Below are positions 1 through 14,500 of a stretch of 64,000 nt of DNA, one piece after another. Each line of letters starts with the position of its first letter. Position 1 is the stretch's first letter. Under the pieces are notes generated by a model. It was not told the DNA's origin. It ran no database searches and saw only the letters and a program-made list of their open reading frames with translations. Origin of the DNA: Tubiluchus corallicola (lineage: Eukaryota; Animalia; Priapulida); assembly GCA_030141605.1 (NCBI GenBank), contig JAQGDQ010000562.1, positions 75,836 to 139,835 on the forward strand, given 5' to 3'. A program made the translations under genes and the position numbers.

Positions 1-295
1 TTATTATGTATATATATGTAATAAATTGTTTTATTCATTGCACAAATAAATTTTTGTGAATTTAGGTGGAAATATGAGCAGTACAAAACTTTATCTTACA
101 TGCATAGAGTTTTGTTGTGGTACTAACTTCATAGCTTTGTTTTTGAAGTATAGAATATGAACAATGAAATTTTTGAACTGGGCTAACATACACTTGCCTA
201 GCTTTTGTTTTACCAATTGTATTGAGATATTCATACAAATGTGCTGAAGGTGTGAAAAAAACATATTTTCTGTATTGTACAAGTGACCACACTGT

Positions 296-697
296 CACTG
301 TATGAATGTGCAAGTAATCTTACATTCACCGTATGAATGTGCAAGTCATCTTACATTCACCGTATGAATGTGCAAGTAATCTTACATTCACTGTATGAAT
401 GTGCAAGTCATTTTACATTCACCATATGAATGTGCAAGTAATCTTACATTCACCGTATGAATGTGCAAGTAATCTTACATTCACCGTATGAATGTGCAAG
501 TAATCTTATATTCACCGTATGACTGTGCAAGTAATCTTACATTCACCGTATGACTGTGCAAGTAATCTTACATTCACCGTATGAATGTGCAAGTAATCTT
601 ACATTCACCGTATGACTGTGCAAGTAATCTTACATTCACCATATGACTGTGCAAGTAATCTTACATTCACCGTATGAATGTGAAAGTCATTTTACAT
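296..697. repeat. 31-bp tandem repeat, ~13 copies
   Basis: Unit CACCGTATGAATGTGCAAGTAATCTTACATT; degenerate copies continue to ~880. Confidence 0.95.
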
Positions 698-2479
698 AGT
701 GTGGGAACATGTCATATTATGTTCACTGCGTGAATGTAAGACTTACTTTCCGTTTGAAGTTTGAATGTGTGCATAACCTTGCGTTCACTGTATGAGTACG
801 TCATCATATGTGTGACGTTTGGTTTACTGAAGGAATATGCGAATCAACTTTCATGGATGTGCAAGTTACATAAATTCATTGATCAGCATATGGACATGTC
901 AGTCTACTTGCGTTCAATGTAATGGGGTTTTTGTTCACTGTACAGATAAACTATACATAATATTAAGAATTTGACATAGTTAGAACCAAACCAGTACAAT
1001 AAAAATGTTTTTCTAAAAATCTTATTACAAAGTTTAATCGCCGAATGACACATACATGTATTGGAAATACAACAACTATTAATAATGGTTTTTGACGCCA
1101 ACCATTTTACCTAGAACAAGTAATATTTTGTACATCAAAGCACAGCTTTTTTATTAAATAAACATCGTATTTACATTTTTCGTTTTGTTTTATATACGTT
1201 GGTACATTAACAGTTGTATTTACATCAATTATATGAAAATGACCGTGTAATGAACATATACATATTACTCTAACTAATGTAATGGTCGTTTCCCTGATTA
1301 TAAAGTTCACTGCAAAGTCAGATTAATCCACCGCTAATTCACTCAGCATTTTCAGCATGTTTGGATTAACATACTAAAACGTAGTAACACAAACTACTAG
1401 GCTTGTCAATAGTTTAGTATACAACTTTAATAGACTTAACATTACTACTACTACTGAATCAAATATCAAGGTACTGCATACAAAAGCATCACTCTTAGTA
1501 ATTAGTTCTTATCTCACATAATTCACACTGACTGTAACACACCAGTTCTGATTTTTAATAAAGTAAAAATGTATGTATTACAGCAGCAACACTCACACAA
1601 CAGAAAAAAATGAAAATGAAATTGCAATAATTTACAATAATATAAAACTCTTCACCAGTTGAGCCAATGGAGCTTCCATGAATGACCGTTTGGATTTTTT
1701 CACACTGCAATGCAAAGACAGAACGGTCCTCTCACATGAAGTAATACTCACTAACGAGATCATTTACATTAACACATATATATCAATATTGACAAAATAG
1801 CACTTAATTATTAGCAAAAATTTCTAAGACAACTCACGTTCATCCTGAATTATGTCATTAAAAGTTGATTAATGTTATAAATGGTCACTGACCGTCAAGT
1901 AAAGTCTATATATTATGGCACAGCATTTGCTATATTCATTAGCTAAATTACAAAAGTCGAGTCCTGTTAGAAAATAAACCACAGAAAACAAAATACAGCC
2001 TTATGTTGCTTAAAAACCTTACTATGTGAAACTGAGCAAAAATGGATTATGTAATAAAAAGTCTTATGCGACACATTCAAGTTTTTACCACCAATTTTTG
2101 TCATCATTGAAAAACTTAACACTGTTATGGTGCACATACACTCATCGGGGAATGGCAACGGCTACGCAACGCAGTACATCCAATATTACCACAATGATAG
2201 CATACGTAAATCAGACTAATCACCAGATAACGTAAACCTGATAGGATACGCAAACTGGTCAAACCACTCAAGTCTAACTGGGTGAACAGTGAAATTTGTC
2301 GCCGTTGCCGCACAAACTTTTTAACAAAGTATTCACTTTTAATGAACACAAGTAATTAAGGCAGGAAGAGACCTGGTACAATGGTACTCTGCACACACAT
2401 TTCCTTCACAATCCATCAATAACAGTCTATCCATCCTGCAGCTGTGGATGTTTTTAAGTAGATCTATTTCAAGACTCGG

Positions 2480-2545
2480 CTATAGCATTTGCTCAAATGA
2501 GTGCATGATGTCACTCTGTTGATTCATATCAATCTGTCCAGCCAA
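2480..2545 (-). CDS. BRD4: BET last exon, C-terminal P-TEFb-interacting motif
   Basis: [21 protein letters not shown], matching the IDMNxQSDxxxxFE motif; tttcag acceptor. Confidence 0.92.
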   Translation of the reverse strand: MAGQIDMNQQSDIMHSFEQML

Positions 2546-5500
2546 CTGAAATTACAAATCTTGCATTCAGAATAACATTTATATATAAAAAGAATAATAA
2601 ATTTTTAAAAATTGAACATTAGTGCACCACTATGAGGCATCACCAAAAAATTACATTTGCCAATAAAAGTCTCTGATGGAAAATTGGTGGATGACCAGAC
2701 CAGGGACACAGGAACCAAAATAAATAGCTTATTTATGCTAGCTGACACGAACATATTCACAAGAATTATGTAAATGAAGGTTAGGAAAAACAAACTTTGA
2801 GAGCATGACAAATGATTTGTAATAAATTAAAAATTCGCAGAGCTACATGATGTTTCATGTCAACTTTGTTGAATAAGTATTTCATAACATAAAACAGGAG
2901 ACACTTTTCCAGCTGTGAAAATATTTTAAAGTAATATTTTGTCAACAGAAACAATGCAAAAGCACCTACTTCAAAGAAGATTTTTACCTCAGTTTTGTAT
3001 CAGTTTTCAGTTTCCTTTAGACAAAATGTTATACTACTGATCAAATGACAACAGATTTAATTAATTATACGTACAGCCTCACGCTTCCGTCGTTCTTGCT
3101 CTCTCAATCTATCCCTCTCTTTCTGTGCACGTTGCCTCTCTTCTTCTTGAGCTTTCTGCTGTTGCTCTAGCGCAGCTTTTCTTGCTTGTTCAAGTGCCTC
3201 TTCCTCCTCCTTTTCTCTGTAATATAAAATTTATAGTGCAACCCTTGGCTCGCCAAAAACAAATGCCTGGTCCAATTGTGACTGACCAGTGTGCCTGCCA
3301 TTCGGGATTAATTGTCAGTTGAAGATGCCTGGTCCAGTGCAGTTTACTCATGTGTGATTGTGCAGTTTGCCCTAATTTTCACATTATGGCTCCTATATCA
3401 GGCCCTTAAACAATCCTATGGTTTTTAAATACATTACTGTCTTGGCCTCTACCTCAGGCGTCTACTTGCTGCCTAGTCTTGTGACTCTATGCCTATAGTT
3501 TTTGAGTTATTCAACGTTGTGGCTCGAACTAACCAATGTTTTGTGTCCTTGACCTTTTGGCCAAAGTCACCATTCACTATATTACTGTCGAGGTCCCAAG
3601 CCTAGGTGTTTATATTTGTAAGTTTGGTGACTATAACCCTCCACGTTTGTGACTTAATGCGAATTTTTGATTGTATCCACAATGACGACGACAGTGACAA
3701 GACTTGCCACATGGGCCCCATTCTTGGAATGGACCAAATGAAAATTTAAGGACTATCATCGTGTTCACACGGGTAACAAAAATCAGACTCGGGTACCCTA
3801 TTCCTTATACCCGTTGGGTACCTGGGAACCCAATTATCAAGATTCAGTGGCAGTGAAGAAACTGTAATCATTAATATTCACAAATAAAAACAACTACTGG
3901 TGCGTTTCAAGTAACTGCACATTTATGTTAACAACAAGTTTTCACTTGTTACACGCTGAAAGACTGAACACACGAGCTATGAGTCACGAAAGTCAGTGTT
4001 TTGCCACACAAGGCATTTGAGTGAGTTTTATCATGTGGTTTTATCTGCCAGACCTTAATTACTTAGTTGCACGCTTTGTCAACGAGTTAGCTATGTCAGC
4101 TTACGTAATACCGCATTGATACAGTGTAGGGATTAGGGGAATAAAATAATCTATATTATCTTTTTTGTGCACTGTTAAGCTTAATAATCTGTTTATTCAC
4201 ATTTTTGTTAGTGACCTGAAATAAGTTTTTAAAGGTGAATAAACAATTTGATTTGAATAATTAACCTCTTGGTAAAGAAATCACAGTTCGTTTCTTATAG
4301 GTCACTCTACAGCAAAATTGGTATGATCTGCCATGTCCCAAATGGTTGTTGGCTTGGCACACTGCCAACGCAGCAGTTTAATAGCTCGGGTATAGGTACC
4401 TGCTGTAGAAGTGCACAGCAGAAGATGGTATTTAAATTTTAATTCTCTAACAATGGTTATCGCATTCCAAATAATGTCTGTATTTTCATTGTTGGAACGG
4501 GTTAGAAATATTAGGCTCCGGTAATAAACAATGTGGGGAAGCACTAGTCTATCGCATGTATCAGGACCTATACATCCGAGCCCATGCCGTGGCTGACCTT
4601 GAACAAATCCAGGGCGGTGAAACATAAGATAAACAAATTCTGTTCAAATCAAACATGACAGGCTGGTAAAATGCACTTCAGCGCACACTCACAAAATACC
4701 AAGACAGTAAAAACACAAATAATTACCTTAACTTCTCTCTTTCTATCCTTTGCCTCTCGCGCTCCTGTTGTTCCCTCTGTAATTTTTTGTGTTCCTCTTG
4801 TTCCTTCTGCTGCTTGAGCTGTAACACATAGTCGATAGTGTAAGACATGCAAATATTCTAAATAAGCTGCAACAAAAAAATTTGGCTAAAGTAAACAATT
4901 CCCAGTAAGTTTAGCTTAGTAGCCTGCTAGCATTTTTATTGTTGAACATAAACAGCTTACTATGGTATTGCAACAAAAATTTATCTAACCAGTCAGCAAA
5001 AATAATGCGCATGGTCTATTTTTACCCTTTCTTTTTTCTCAAGAGCCTGCTTGCGAAATTGTGCAAAACTGTCCACTCCAACTTGCTGACGTGCACCACC
5101 AGATGGTGCTGACTGTGTAGCAAGACTCGACCAGGAATTCACGTTCTTTATCTTTAAGTCCTGCTAGAACGAAAAACATTTTGTTTTAAAGGTAATCCCG
5201 CAAGTAACACAGTATGGTTGTGAGTAGTCATATCATTTTTTATTCATACTCGTGGTACAATCACATCAATAAACAAACAGCTCAACAATTAAAATAACAT
5301 TAATTAACAAGATTAGTAAGCAATGTGAATAGATACAAATAAGTGAGAGTAAGATATGTTAGAATGACGTACAACTCATTCCTGTCAAAAAAAAAATCAA
5401 AACAATTATCTTCCAGCATAACTGTTTTACAATTGTATAAATTCAAGAGGAAAAACAATATGGCTTTACAAAGTTTTGAACTTACTTGCATAATTAGGAT

Positions 5501-8500
5501 TGAATTTTGAGCAGAAGTTGTGATACGTTTTGTGTTAATATTGTGATACGCTTTACTGTACTGCATTATGCATTGCAATATATTGTTGTTTTCACAATCA
5601 CAGAAAATGACTTGTTTCAGCTCACTGCAGCACTGCAGTAAATAATTTTAAATCATTTTAGCAATTTAAGTATTTAAGTGAGAATGATGCATTTCAGATC
5701 TTTTTAATTGCATTCTATGCTGCACACATTGTAAACACATTATTCAAAATGAAAACACGAAAATTAAAGTTGACAAAAAATTAAGCGAAGTTACTGCTGT
5801 TAATACTAATACAGTCAAATCTCCCTCTCCCGTCCTTTACAATGCTAATCTCACTTAATACCAATAGTTTTGGCAAAACAAAATGTCCATATTTGCAATG
5901 ACATGTATACATTAAAGCACCTTGTTATAATGAAAAACTCGTTAATGTCAACTTTTTCTTGCTGTCCCAATCTAGGCGGAACAAAAGAAGTTTTACTGAA
6001 GGTGTTACAAAATTATTTTTATCAGTTAAAATAGCATTCTACACATATGCAGAATCTGTAAACCACTCAAGCAATGTGTCCTCGGACAGTTGCAAATTTT
6101 CACTGGTAGCTTGTGCACCAACTTCAAATAATTAAGGATTTTAAACATCAGAATAATTACGCATCATGACTTTTTGGTGCTTCTTCAGTACTTTACACCT
6201 GATTTACTTTCTCTGCAAATTGCAACTATTTTTTCCTATTTATCCAACAATCTTTTTCAGGCTGAAATATTTGCACATGCCTGACTTTGCACGTTTGCTA
6301 TCTACCAGTTCAGTTTTTAAGAAAAGAACTTGAAAAATCATTTTTCAAAAAAGGAATAGAAGCCGCTCGATACATTCAACTCAGTCATTTACAGCAACAA
6401 ATCTAAAAACAGGTTCATTTTATTAGCAGGCTTATGACCAATTACAAGTCAGCTGACATGCAGCACTTGACACAACTTAATAACTGCTGTCATCTTGTAT
6501 AGATTATTATTAATGGTCAGAAAACTTATTAGTTTTAGTTAACATACTTTATTAAAGTTATTTTAGTCAAAATTGGCATAATAGTTTGATTAAATTATTT
6601 ACTAAATAGTTTCATAATCCAAAGTAGCTACAACTTATGTTTGCTGTACATCGACCATCAAAGTATTTACAGTACAGAATAAACATTACATCGTGAAATC
6701 GGTTACATCATTCAACCTTACTAAAGCACTCCATAAACTGCTAAATGAGTCAAGGTGTCACATGATTACTTTCCACAAAAGGATTACTGAAACAGTTGAT
6801 CAAGAAATCAAGAAAATAGGAAGTAAAACAAGAAGCTTAACAGCCACTACAGTTAAATACCTGCTTAACGTTCTTTCTGTCGTTCTGAGGCGTGGAGTGC
6901 GGTGCCTTCATCACATTTTCGAGTGAGTTTTCACGTGACAAAGTGTTTTCACGAGTTACTGGGTTACTGGAACTACCAGACGTGTAACTGACTCCTGTTA
7001 TAGCTAGAAAAATAACCAAAACAGATATTGTGCCTTAGCAGTAATCAATGTACATATTTTTAAGAGAAAAATTAATAAAAAAACGTGACAATAACACACA
7101 GGAACACAATAAATGAATTACAATGCAAAAATATCATAGTAACTCAGTGGCAAGAAAAACACCATTAAAGGAAAACCAGACCCATCTTAAAATATAGCTC
7201 ACAATAATCTACCCTGCAAATACTAATACAGAAAGTTAACTTCGCATTCGCACGGTTAGATTTTCACTGTTATATGTATTTCACCATTCACTAGTTAGAT
7301 GGGCACTAGCGCCTGCATCTCAGAATGCATTGAACAAAAAACAGCTGCTGTACCTCTCAGTTCAGAGGTGTTCAATTGTTATGTAAGTTCGAGAGCTTAA
7401 GCGCGACCACAGTAGTACACTTGAAATTTTACTTATAAACTTAAAATTTGGAGAATGTTTGTATATCACACTGACTGTTGCACAATAGCAGTGTACTGCA
7501 ATTTCTGCTTTTGCAAACACATGTAACATGTTCATGGAATGTTTGTGCTGTTGAAAATTATGTTCAGTTTTGATGTTATCAACAGCTGGGCTCACCTGCC
7601 GTTAATTATGTTTTTAAGCTGCTATTTAATTACCAGATACGTTTTAGCATTATCATAGGTCCTAAAATGTGTACTTTTTGCCGTATTTCAAAATGGGGTC
7701 GCCTATGAAAAATCGGTCATGTTTTCCTTTAATTATCAAGCAACATTCCCTGGAGACTCACCACATGATTTTTCAAAACTAAGCGCTTAACTCACAACAA
7801 ATGCTAGAGTGATGTATGATATGATGACATTAACACAAAGTGCAGTAGGTGGAATCACTCAACAGTTAACTCCTCAAAAAACAACGACTCTCGTTAATAG
7901 CTGATAATTTTTGGGAAAGATTTGCATTTTCTTAGCATTCAAAGGTTGCTAGCGATAGTTTACTTACATGTTTGCACATTAGGTGGAGCTGGTTTTGGGC
8001 TCGGCCGTGGACTACTGCTATCTTCATCACCAATATAAAACTTGACATCTTTGTTTTTGTCTGCAATTGGCGAACGTGACGCCCCTGGTGACTGCATCTG
8101 TGATAAATAAATCAGATAAATTTGTTAGTAGAAAAACACTAACTGATGAGTGTTGGTAACTATTAGTTGGTAAGTTGTTTTACGACAGAGTTCATAGTTA
8201 GTTATGCTCAAATAATGATTATTTATTTGTATCGCAGAACTCAACCAATTATTGTCATCAGCTGTGCTATAATTTAGGTCAACAATAAAAAATATATACA
8301 ATAAAATTCTCCAGGCACAGTAATAAAACGTTATTGTAAAAAGAAAGGCTTGAAGACTAGTTTTAAAATGGTTAAGGCTTGAAGACTAGTTATAAAATAG
8401 TTAAAATCATTAATAGAACACAAGCTAAACAGAAGCTCAAGTTTACCCCAAGTTTTACTTGGAGTTGCACTGGGAAAAGGATGCTCGCCATACCCGAGCG

Positions 8501-11500
8501 TTGATTTTTCGATGATGGGTGACAGCTACATTAAAACCATCCGAAAATCTTAAAGAACATCTAGGCAGATGAAAATTGACTAGATCATCCAGATAAGATG
8601 GACCCAGGCCATACAAAGGTTTAAAGGTAATCAGCAATAGTTTACAAAGAATGCTGAATACTAAAAAGAAAAGTATTCTGAAAATGTTGCAAATGATCGA
8701 TTTCCTTTATCTGTACTTTCCTTGTGCAACAAAAACACATTACCTTAATATCTGACAATGCTTTCTGAGTAGGTGGTACCACAGGTGAATTAGCTGCAGT
8801 TGTTGGTAATTGTGGCACAGATGACACTGGAAAAAGTGATAAAATGAAATCAGTAGGTACAGAGTTTCGAACTGTAACTGAACTAAATTTACAAATCAAA
8901 CAATACAGAGAGACCCTATTCCAAAAAAACTACTAAAGACAGACATTTTCGCACTCATTACGAGCTCATTATGATGTAACCTACTGAAGTTTTGGAACTA
9001 AGGAAATATCTCTATTTAGTGTTTATTGCTGAAATTTGCTGAAAATATCTACAGAAAATCTCTGGTTTTGCTCTGAGTCAAGTTATGAGCTTTGGCTCAA
9101 GGTCACGTTACGTTCAAATCACTGAGATTCAAAAAATAAGTTGCGTGGTCATTTCAACTTACAAATAATTTCAATGCTGATGTCTGAAACATTAAACAAA
9201 CATAAACTTTGAATACTGTATTTCACAATTTCTACCTGCTGATGAAGATTTGTTGGTGAGTTTTTGAGGAGCTGGTTCGGCTACTGCACTTGGTCTGCTA
9301 GTGGTCTGCGCAGGCATGTGGTGAGTTGCCGGGGGTCGAATGCCCGAAGAAGCATTGTTTGTTGCTACTGGTGCTGATGTTGAATTTGAAAGACCTACGA
9401 GAATAAACCAAAAAGGCGATACATATAAAGATATAGAAAGGGAAGTTTAATTCGTTGGAAGAAAACAAAAATATGTAATCAAATATTTAACTCCTTGAGG
9501 ACCGCGCCATATAAAATAGGTCTTATAAGACCTATGACTTTTTTCTACTGTATGAGCACAGACATAACTAAATGATTACAAATTAGGTGCTGTTCTATTC
9601 AGTCGAATCTCAGCTATCGGAAAAAATTAATGCCCTTTTCTGGCACTTTAACGTAGCCTATTGAGACGCTTAGTCTGGCGTGATCGCGCACACTATGTTA
9701 TTGATCGCCTACTTGCTACAACTCAAGGTGTGCAGTGTTCTGTTGCTATCCCAGGAAAAACCAATCGATCAGCCAAGGACAAATTAAGATCGTTTCACCT
9801 TTTAACAGGAATTTCTCCTTAAAAGAGAGTAGACTTGAAACCAAAATGTATTAGAGTGTTGTGTCTGGATGGTTGAAATTTTCTGCATTAGCTGATTTCA
9901 CACACGCGATACTGTATATTGTTATACTGCAGTTACTGAATGCTTTTTTTCAATTTTTTCGTCAAAAATTCAATTTTTAATGTGAATAAGGTAACTAAAT
10001 TTATTCCACATATCATTTTGCATGAAAATCCATTGTGTAAGGATTAGAAACCTACAAAAATGATCCAATATAACATAATCGTTGCTTATTGAGAGCAGTT
10101 TTTTATCAATCGATGCAAAATACAGCAAATGCTTATGGTCCTGAAGGAGTTAATAGAGCTAAACTAACCACAGTAAACTTAAAAATGCATTAAACACTTG
10201 TTGATTAGTAGAACAGAAATAACGACTTTAGTTTAAAACAATGCATTCAAATGTCAGGACTTGATTAATTTAAGAGCAACAGACTCCCAAGTTATAAAGA
10301 TATACAAGAAAGACTTAAAATTTATCATGGATACTACATACCTGTTTGAGGTGATGTTTTTAACTGAGGTTTTGAGTCAACATCAGAAGTCTGAGTTGGA
10401 ACTTTGTTTGTTGAATCCTGCAATTTACAAACACCATTGTGTGAATAAAAGAACAACAGTGAACTACATACACTCCTAAAAAACTACTATACATATACTC
10501 CTAAAAAACTACTATACATATACTACTAAAAATATCGCAATATTAAAACATAGCGAGAATGACTGGGTTCCTAACAACAACACTTATTACCTCAGATTTC
10601 GGCTTCTTAGCTGGAGTTTCTGAAAAAAAGAAAGTAAGAAATCATGCACAGGGTTCTGCTCATTAAAAATGTTTGCAGAAAATGCAACGGGTAAATTACT
10701 CTTGCTGCTGCCAGTATCACAGCTATGTGTGTTTCCATATTAGAAAACATGATAAAAAGACTTTTGTAAACTCAAAGCTCCATTAAATTTACATTGGAAA
10801 AGAAATTATACCAAGTTTTTCACCAGGCAGGAACTTTACACTGAAGAAGCTTCTGCTTGGTGTCTCATTCTACTGACAGCAATCATTAAAAAATGTTTTT
10901 CAACTGATTTATTTCAACGAAATGAGTCAACAAAAAGAGAAGCTGCACAATCACAATACTTTTCACGTTACTCTAATGACAATTAACCTAGTTTTGTCAT
11001 AGCAAGTAAAACCTCTGTCCATCTCACAAATGTGGCAAATCACACACATCAACTACCGAATGAAATAGTCTGAAGTGTATTTTCAATGACTGTGTCAGAA
11101 ACTAGGCTACATACTTCGACCCTTGCAAACCATTAGAAAAATGAAGGTCAACTAACCCGTCTCTGAATCACTACTCTCAGATGAGCTGGATGATGATGAA
11201 CTACTGCTATCACTACCAGATGAGGAAGAACTGCTGCCACTTAATGTCGGTTGCTTGGCAACCGTAGACTCTGTAATAATTAAACAATGCTTCTTTTAAA
11301 CGTACAATTAGTGATAATATGAAGAAAAAATCTCAAAAAGCTTGACGAACTATTATAGATTAAATAAAAGCAATTCTTCCAGTGAAGGCGAGTTTTTTAT
11401 TTTCCTTGCTACAAAAATACTTGCTTTCCAGAAATATAAAATATTTCAAAATATGATTTCTTACTATTACAGCAGGTAATCAAAGACTATAGGCCTATAT

Positions 11501-14500
11501 GGTTACCAGAGCTTGTTTTTGCAGCTGAAGTTTCAACTTGATTTGAAGGCGATCAATAGTGTAACTTGTATAGTTAAGAAAACCAACCAATAAAAGTAAG
11601 CAATTTCCCTGTAAACTTGTGGACTGAAAATTTCTTTTTTTACTACAAAGTGAGCATGACTTATTTTTGAGAGAAATCAGACCTTTTTTCTGCTTTGTTG
11701 ATTTTGTTGAAGTGGTTGCACTGCTATTCACCAGTTGTTGACTATTCACATCCTTCGAGGGTTTTTCAATCTCTGGTTTTGTTTCTTTCTGTGCGTCTTC
11801 TTTTGATTTTCCAGCTGCACTTTTAGCTACAAAATAAATATAGACAAATTTCCTGATATGTTAAAAACTGACAGCCACACTAATATATCATATATTATTA
11901 TATATATTATCATATATCATATATTATATATCATATATATATATGTATGTATATATACATACATACATACGTACGTACGTACGTACGTACATACATACAT
12001 ACAGAAAACAATTAACAATTTGCAAGTATTTACAACTGTTAGAATTTGAATTTCTACTGTAGCCTTAATTACTGTGAGCTGCAAAACTGGCTTTATAATT
12101 TATAGCTAAGTAGTTGCTATCTTTATAGCAAAGATAATGTAGAATCACTTATTAAAAGGGACGTGTAATACATAAAAGATTATGTGCAGTTAGTCCTCAT
12201 TTAACAACAATTAACTCCACAGAACATTTACCACCTCATCTCACTTAATGACATATATTCTATTCTAATGAGGAATTCTTAGCCACACTTTGAAAACTAA
12301 AATTCTGTCTGATAGGTTTATACTTTATAAACAACTAGCGTTCAGCCCAAATCCTATGCGAATTTACTCAGTACCGATTGTTACAACAGGCTGTCACAAT
12401 CTATTCATGCAAAGACACCACCATTAACAGATCATGTTACAATATGCTGCATTATTTCATTATGGCTGGTTGTCAGAAACTATTACATCTCTATGATTTA
12501 TTATTGGTGCTAAACATAAGAAATAAACCCGTCCTGTCTGATAAAATTCCCATGTTACATGTTGGATAACTGATGCACTGCTCACTTAGAGGAGTCTGCT
12601 TTGCTTGGCAAATGTACACATTGGGTTAATTGCACTCATCAGTCATTTTATTTGCACTTATGTTGTGGAAAAGCAACAATGTCTATAAAGATTTATCAGC
12701 AAATATATATAGCTAGGACCAGAAATGCAATGCTCTGAACTTATCTTAGTAAAACTAGAGACAACTCACAAAAAGCGCTGAAAAAAATTAAAGCACAAAA
12801 CAGAAACATCAATAAACACGACTAAAATAAGCTATGCAAGAACCAAGATGAGAAAAGACAGAAAAACTGCTATCTTTATGAACTGACGCTCTAATCTTAA
12901 TATGCAGCAGCAGAAAGTTTGCATATTGTTAATGGTAACAAAGCTAGAGTTCACAAAAGGGTTCCACATGAAGAAGTGTGATCAAAGCTCAGGAAAAAAA
13001 ACATGCTGCAAATCTGTGATGACATTATCGTTTTAAATAATATTATCATGTCTTGGAACGCATGCGTGTTTTTTAACATTATTTCTACAACGGCTTTGTT
13101 TAAAGACAATTCATTTAATGCATTAGTGTCCTTAAGCGAGGATGACTGGACGATAAAGAAAATGAGGAGTATAGAACAAAAAATATGCTGGCAGTTCTTA
13201 TGATGATTTTACAATGCAAAGTCTTGCCATACCGATTCAGATATAAATTGAACAAACTTTTACCCAATTACCAAAAGTGTTTTCTATATGAAGTAACCAT
13301 AGGCACTTACTATATTTCCTAGGTTTCTTTCTAAGTACAGAAGCCACATAAGACTCCAGCTCACGTAGCGTCGATGCTCTTAATGTTTCAAAATCTATTT
13401 CTATTTCATCAGGATTTGAATCTCGTAGCGACGGTTCTCTCGACTGTATAATGTGAACAACCTTTCCTAATTTGTCCCCTAAAGAAAAACAAAATCAATA
13501 ATAGCTTTTGTGAATGCGGGTAAATAATATCTAATGTCAGTAATATCTAACATTATTTCACACAAAAGCAAAGAAGAAGTAGCAAACGAGTCGTATTGTC
13601 TACAATTAAACAAAATCACTTTAACACCTACTTACTTTACTGCAGTAAGTCCTCACTTAACGACGCTAATGAGTCCAGCAAAGCAGGTCGTTAAGCGAAA
13701 CATCGTTAAATGAAATATTCTTTTCCATAAGAAACAAATTAAAAGCATTTAGTTGCATTCCAGGAGCAAAAATCAATAGTGCTTGGCTATGCAATGTTTG
13801 CAGCAGGGCGAAAACTACTGAGCGTGGCTATGATAAAAGGTTCAGTTATCTTGCAGGAGAAAAATAGTAATCTTTGGCTCATAAATTAAACACTATATGA
13901 TTTATTGTTTACAGTTCTACAGTGCTTCTTTAATTAAAATATTACTAATACTACCAGCGTTGTGTTGGTGGCAGCTAAAATGCAAATGAAGTGAATGCAG
14001 CAATTAGCTATCTAACAGGAGAGTTTTATCAGCTGAAACTCTTGCATTTTATCAAGAAAAATCTTATCTAAATGTAGGAAAGCAATCAGTCATCATGGCC
14101 TGCCTATAGCTGTAGTTGATTGTTTGCTGTCGGTTTGGTTGTGCTACGGTGATCTGGATTAAATGGCGATCTTCTTAATAGAGTACAAGTGCAGCAAATA
14201 AGATTTTAGTGTTTAAAGTAAATTAAACAAATCGGCGTTAAAACGAAGCATGAGACGTTAAGTGCAAAAAGGTGTCAAATGATTAGCGTCACTAAAACGA
14301 AATGTTGCTAAGCGGTGAGTCATTAAGCGAGGACTTACTGCAATTAAAATAATTTGTAAGGTAGTGTATCAACCTTTAAATGGAAAAAAAACAAAAATAA
14401 AAACACATTGATCATTCATCATCATCATTATCATCATCATCTTTTTCATCGTCACCATTGTCATCATTATGATCAGCCATTTAGTTTTCAATAATTACAG

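Noticed and set aside
296-697. CRISPR-like array of palindromic ~31-bp repeats
   Set aside because: The units are head-to-tail with no unique spacers, there are no cas genes, and the context is eukaryotic.
3240-3740. GACCTTT/TGACC-containing interspersed repeat, also near 41060-41400
   Set aside because: It looks like an old repeat family, but I could not define ends, a TSD or a class, so it is not annotated.
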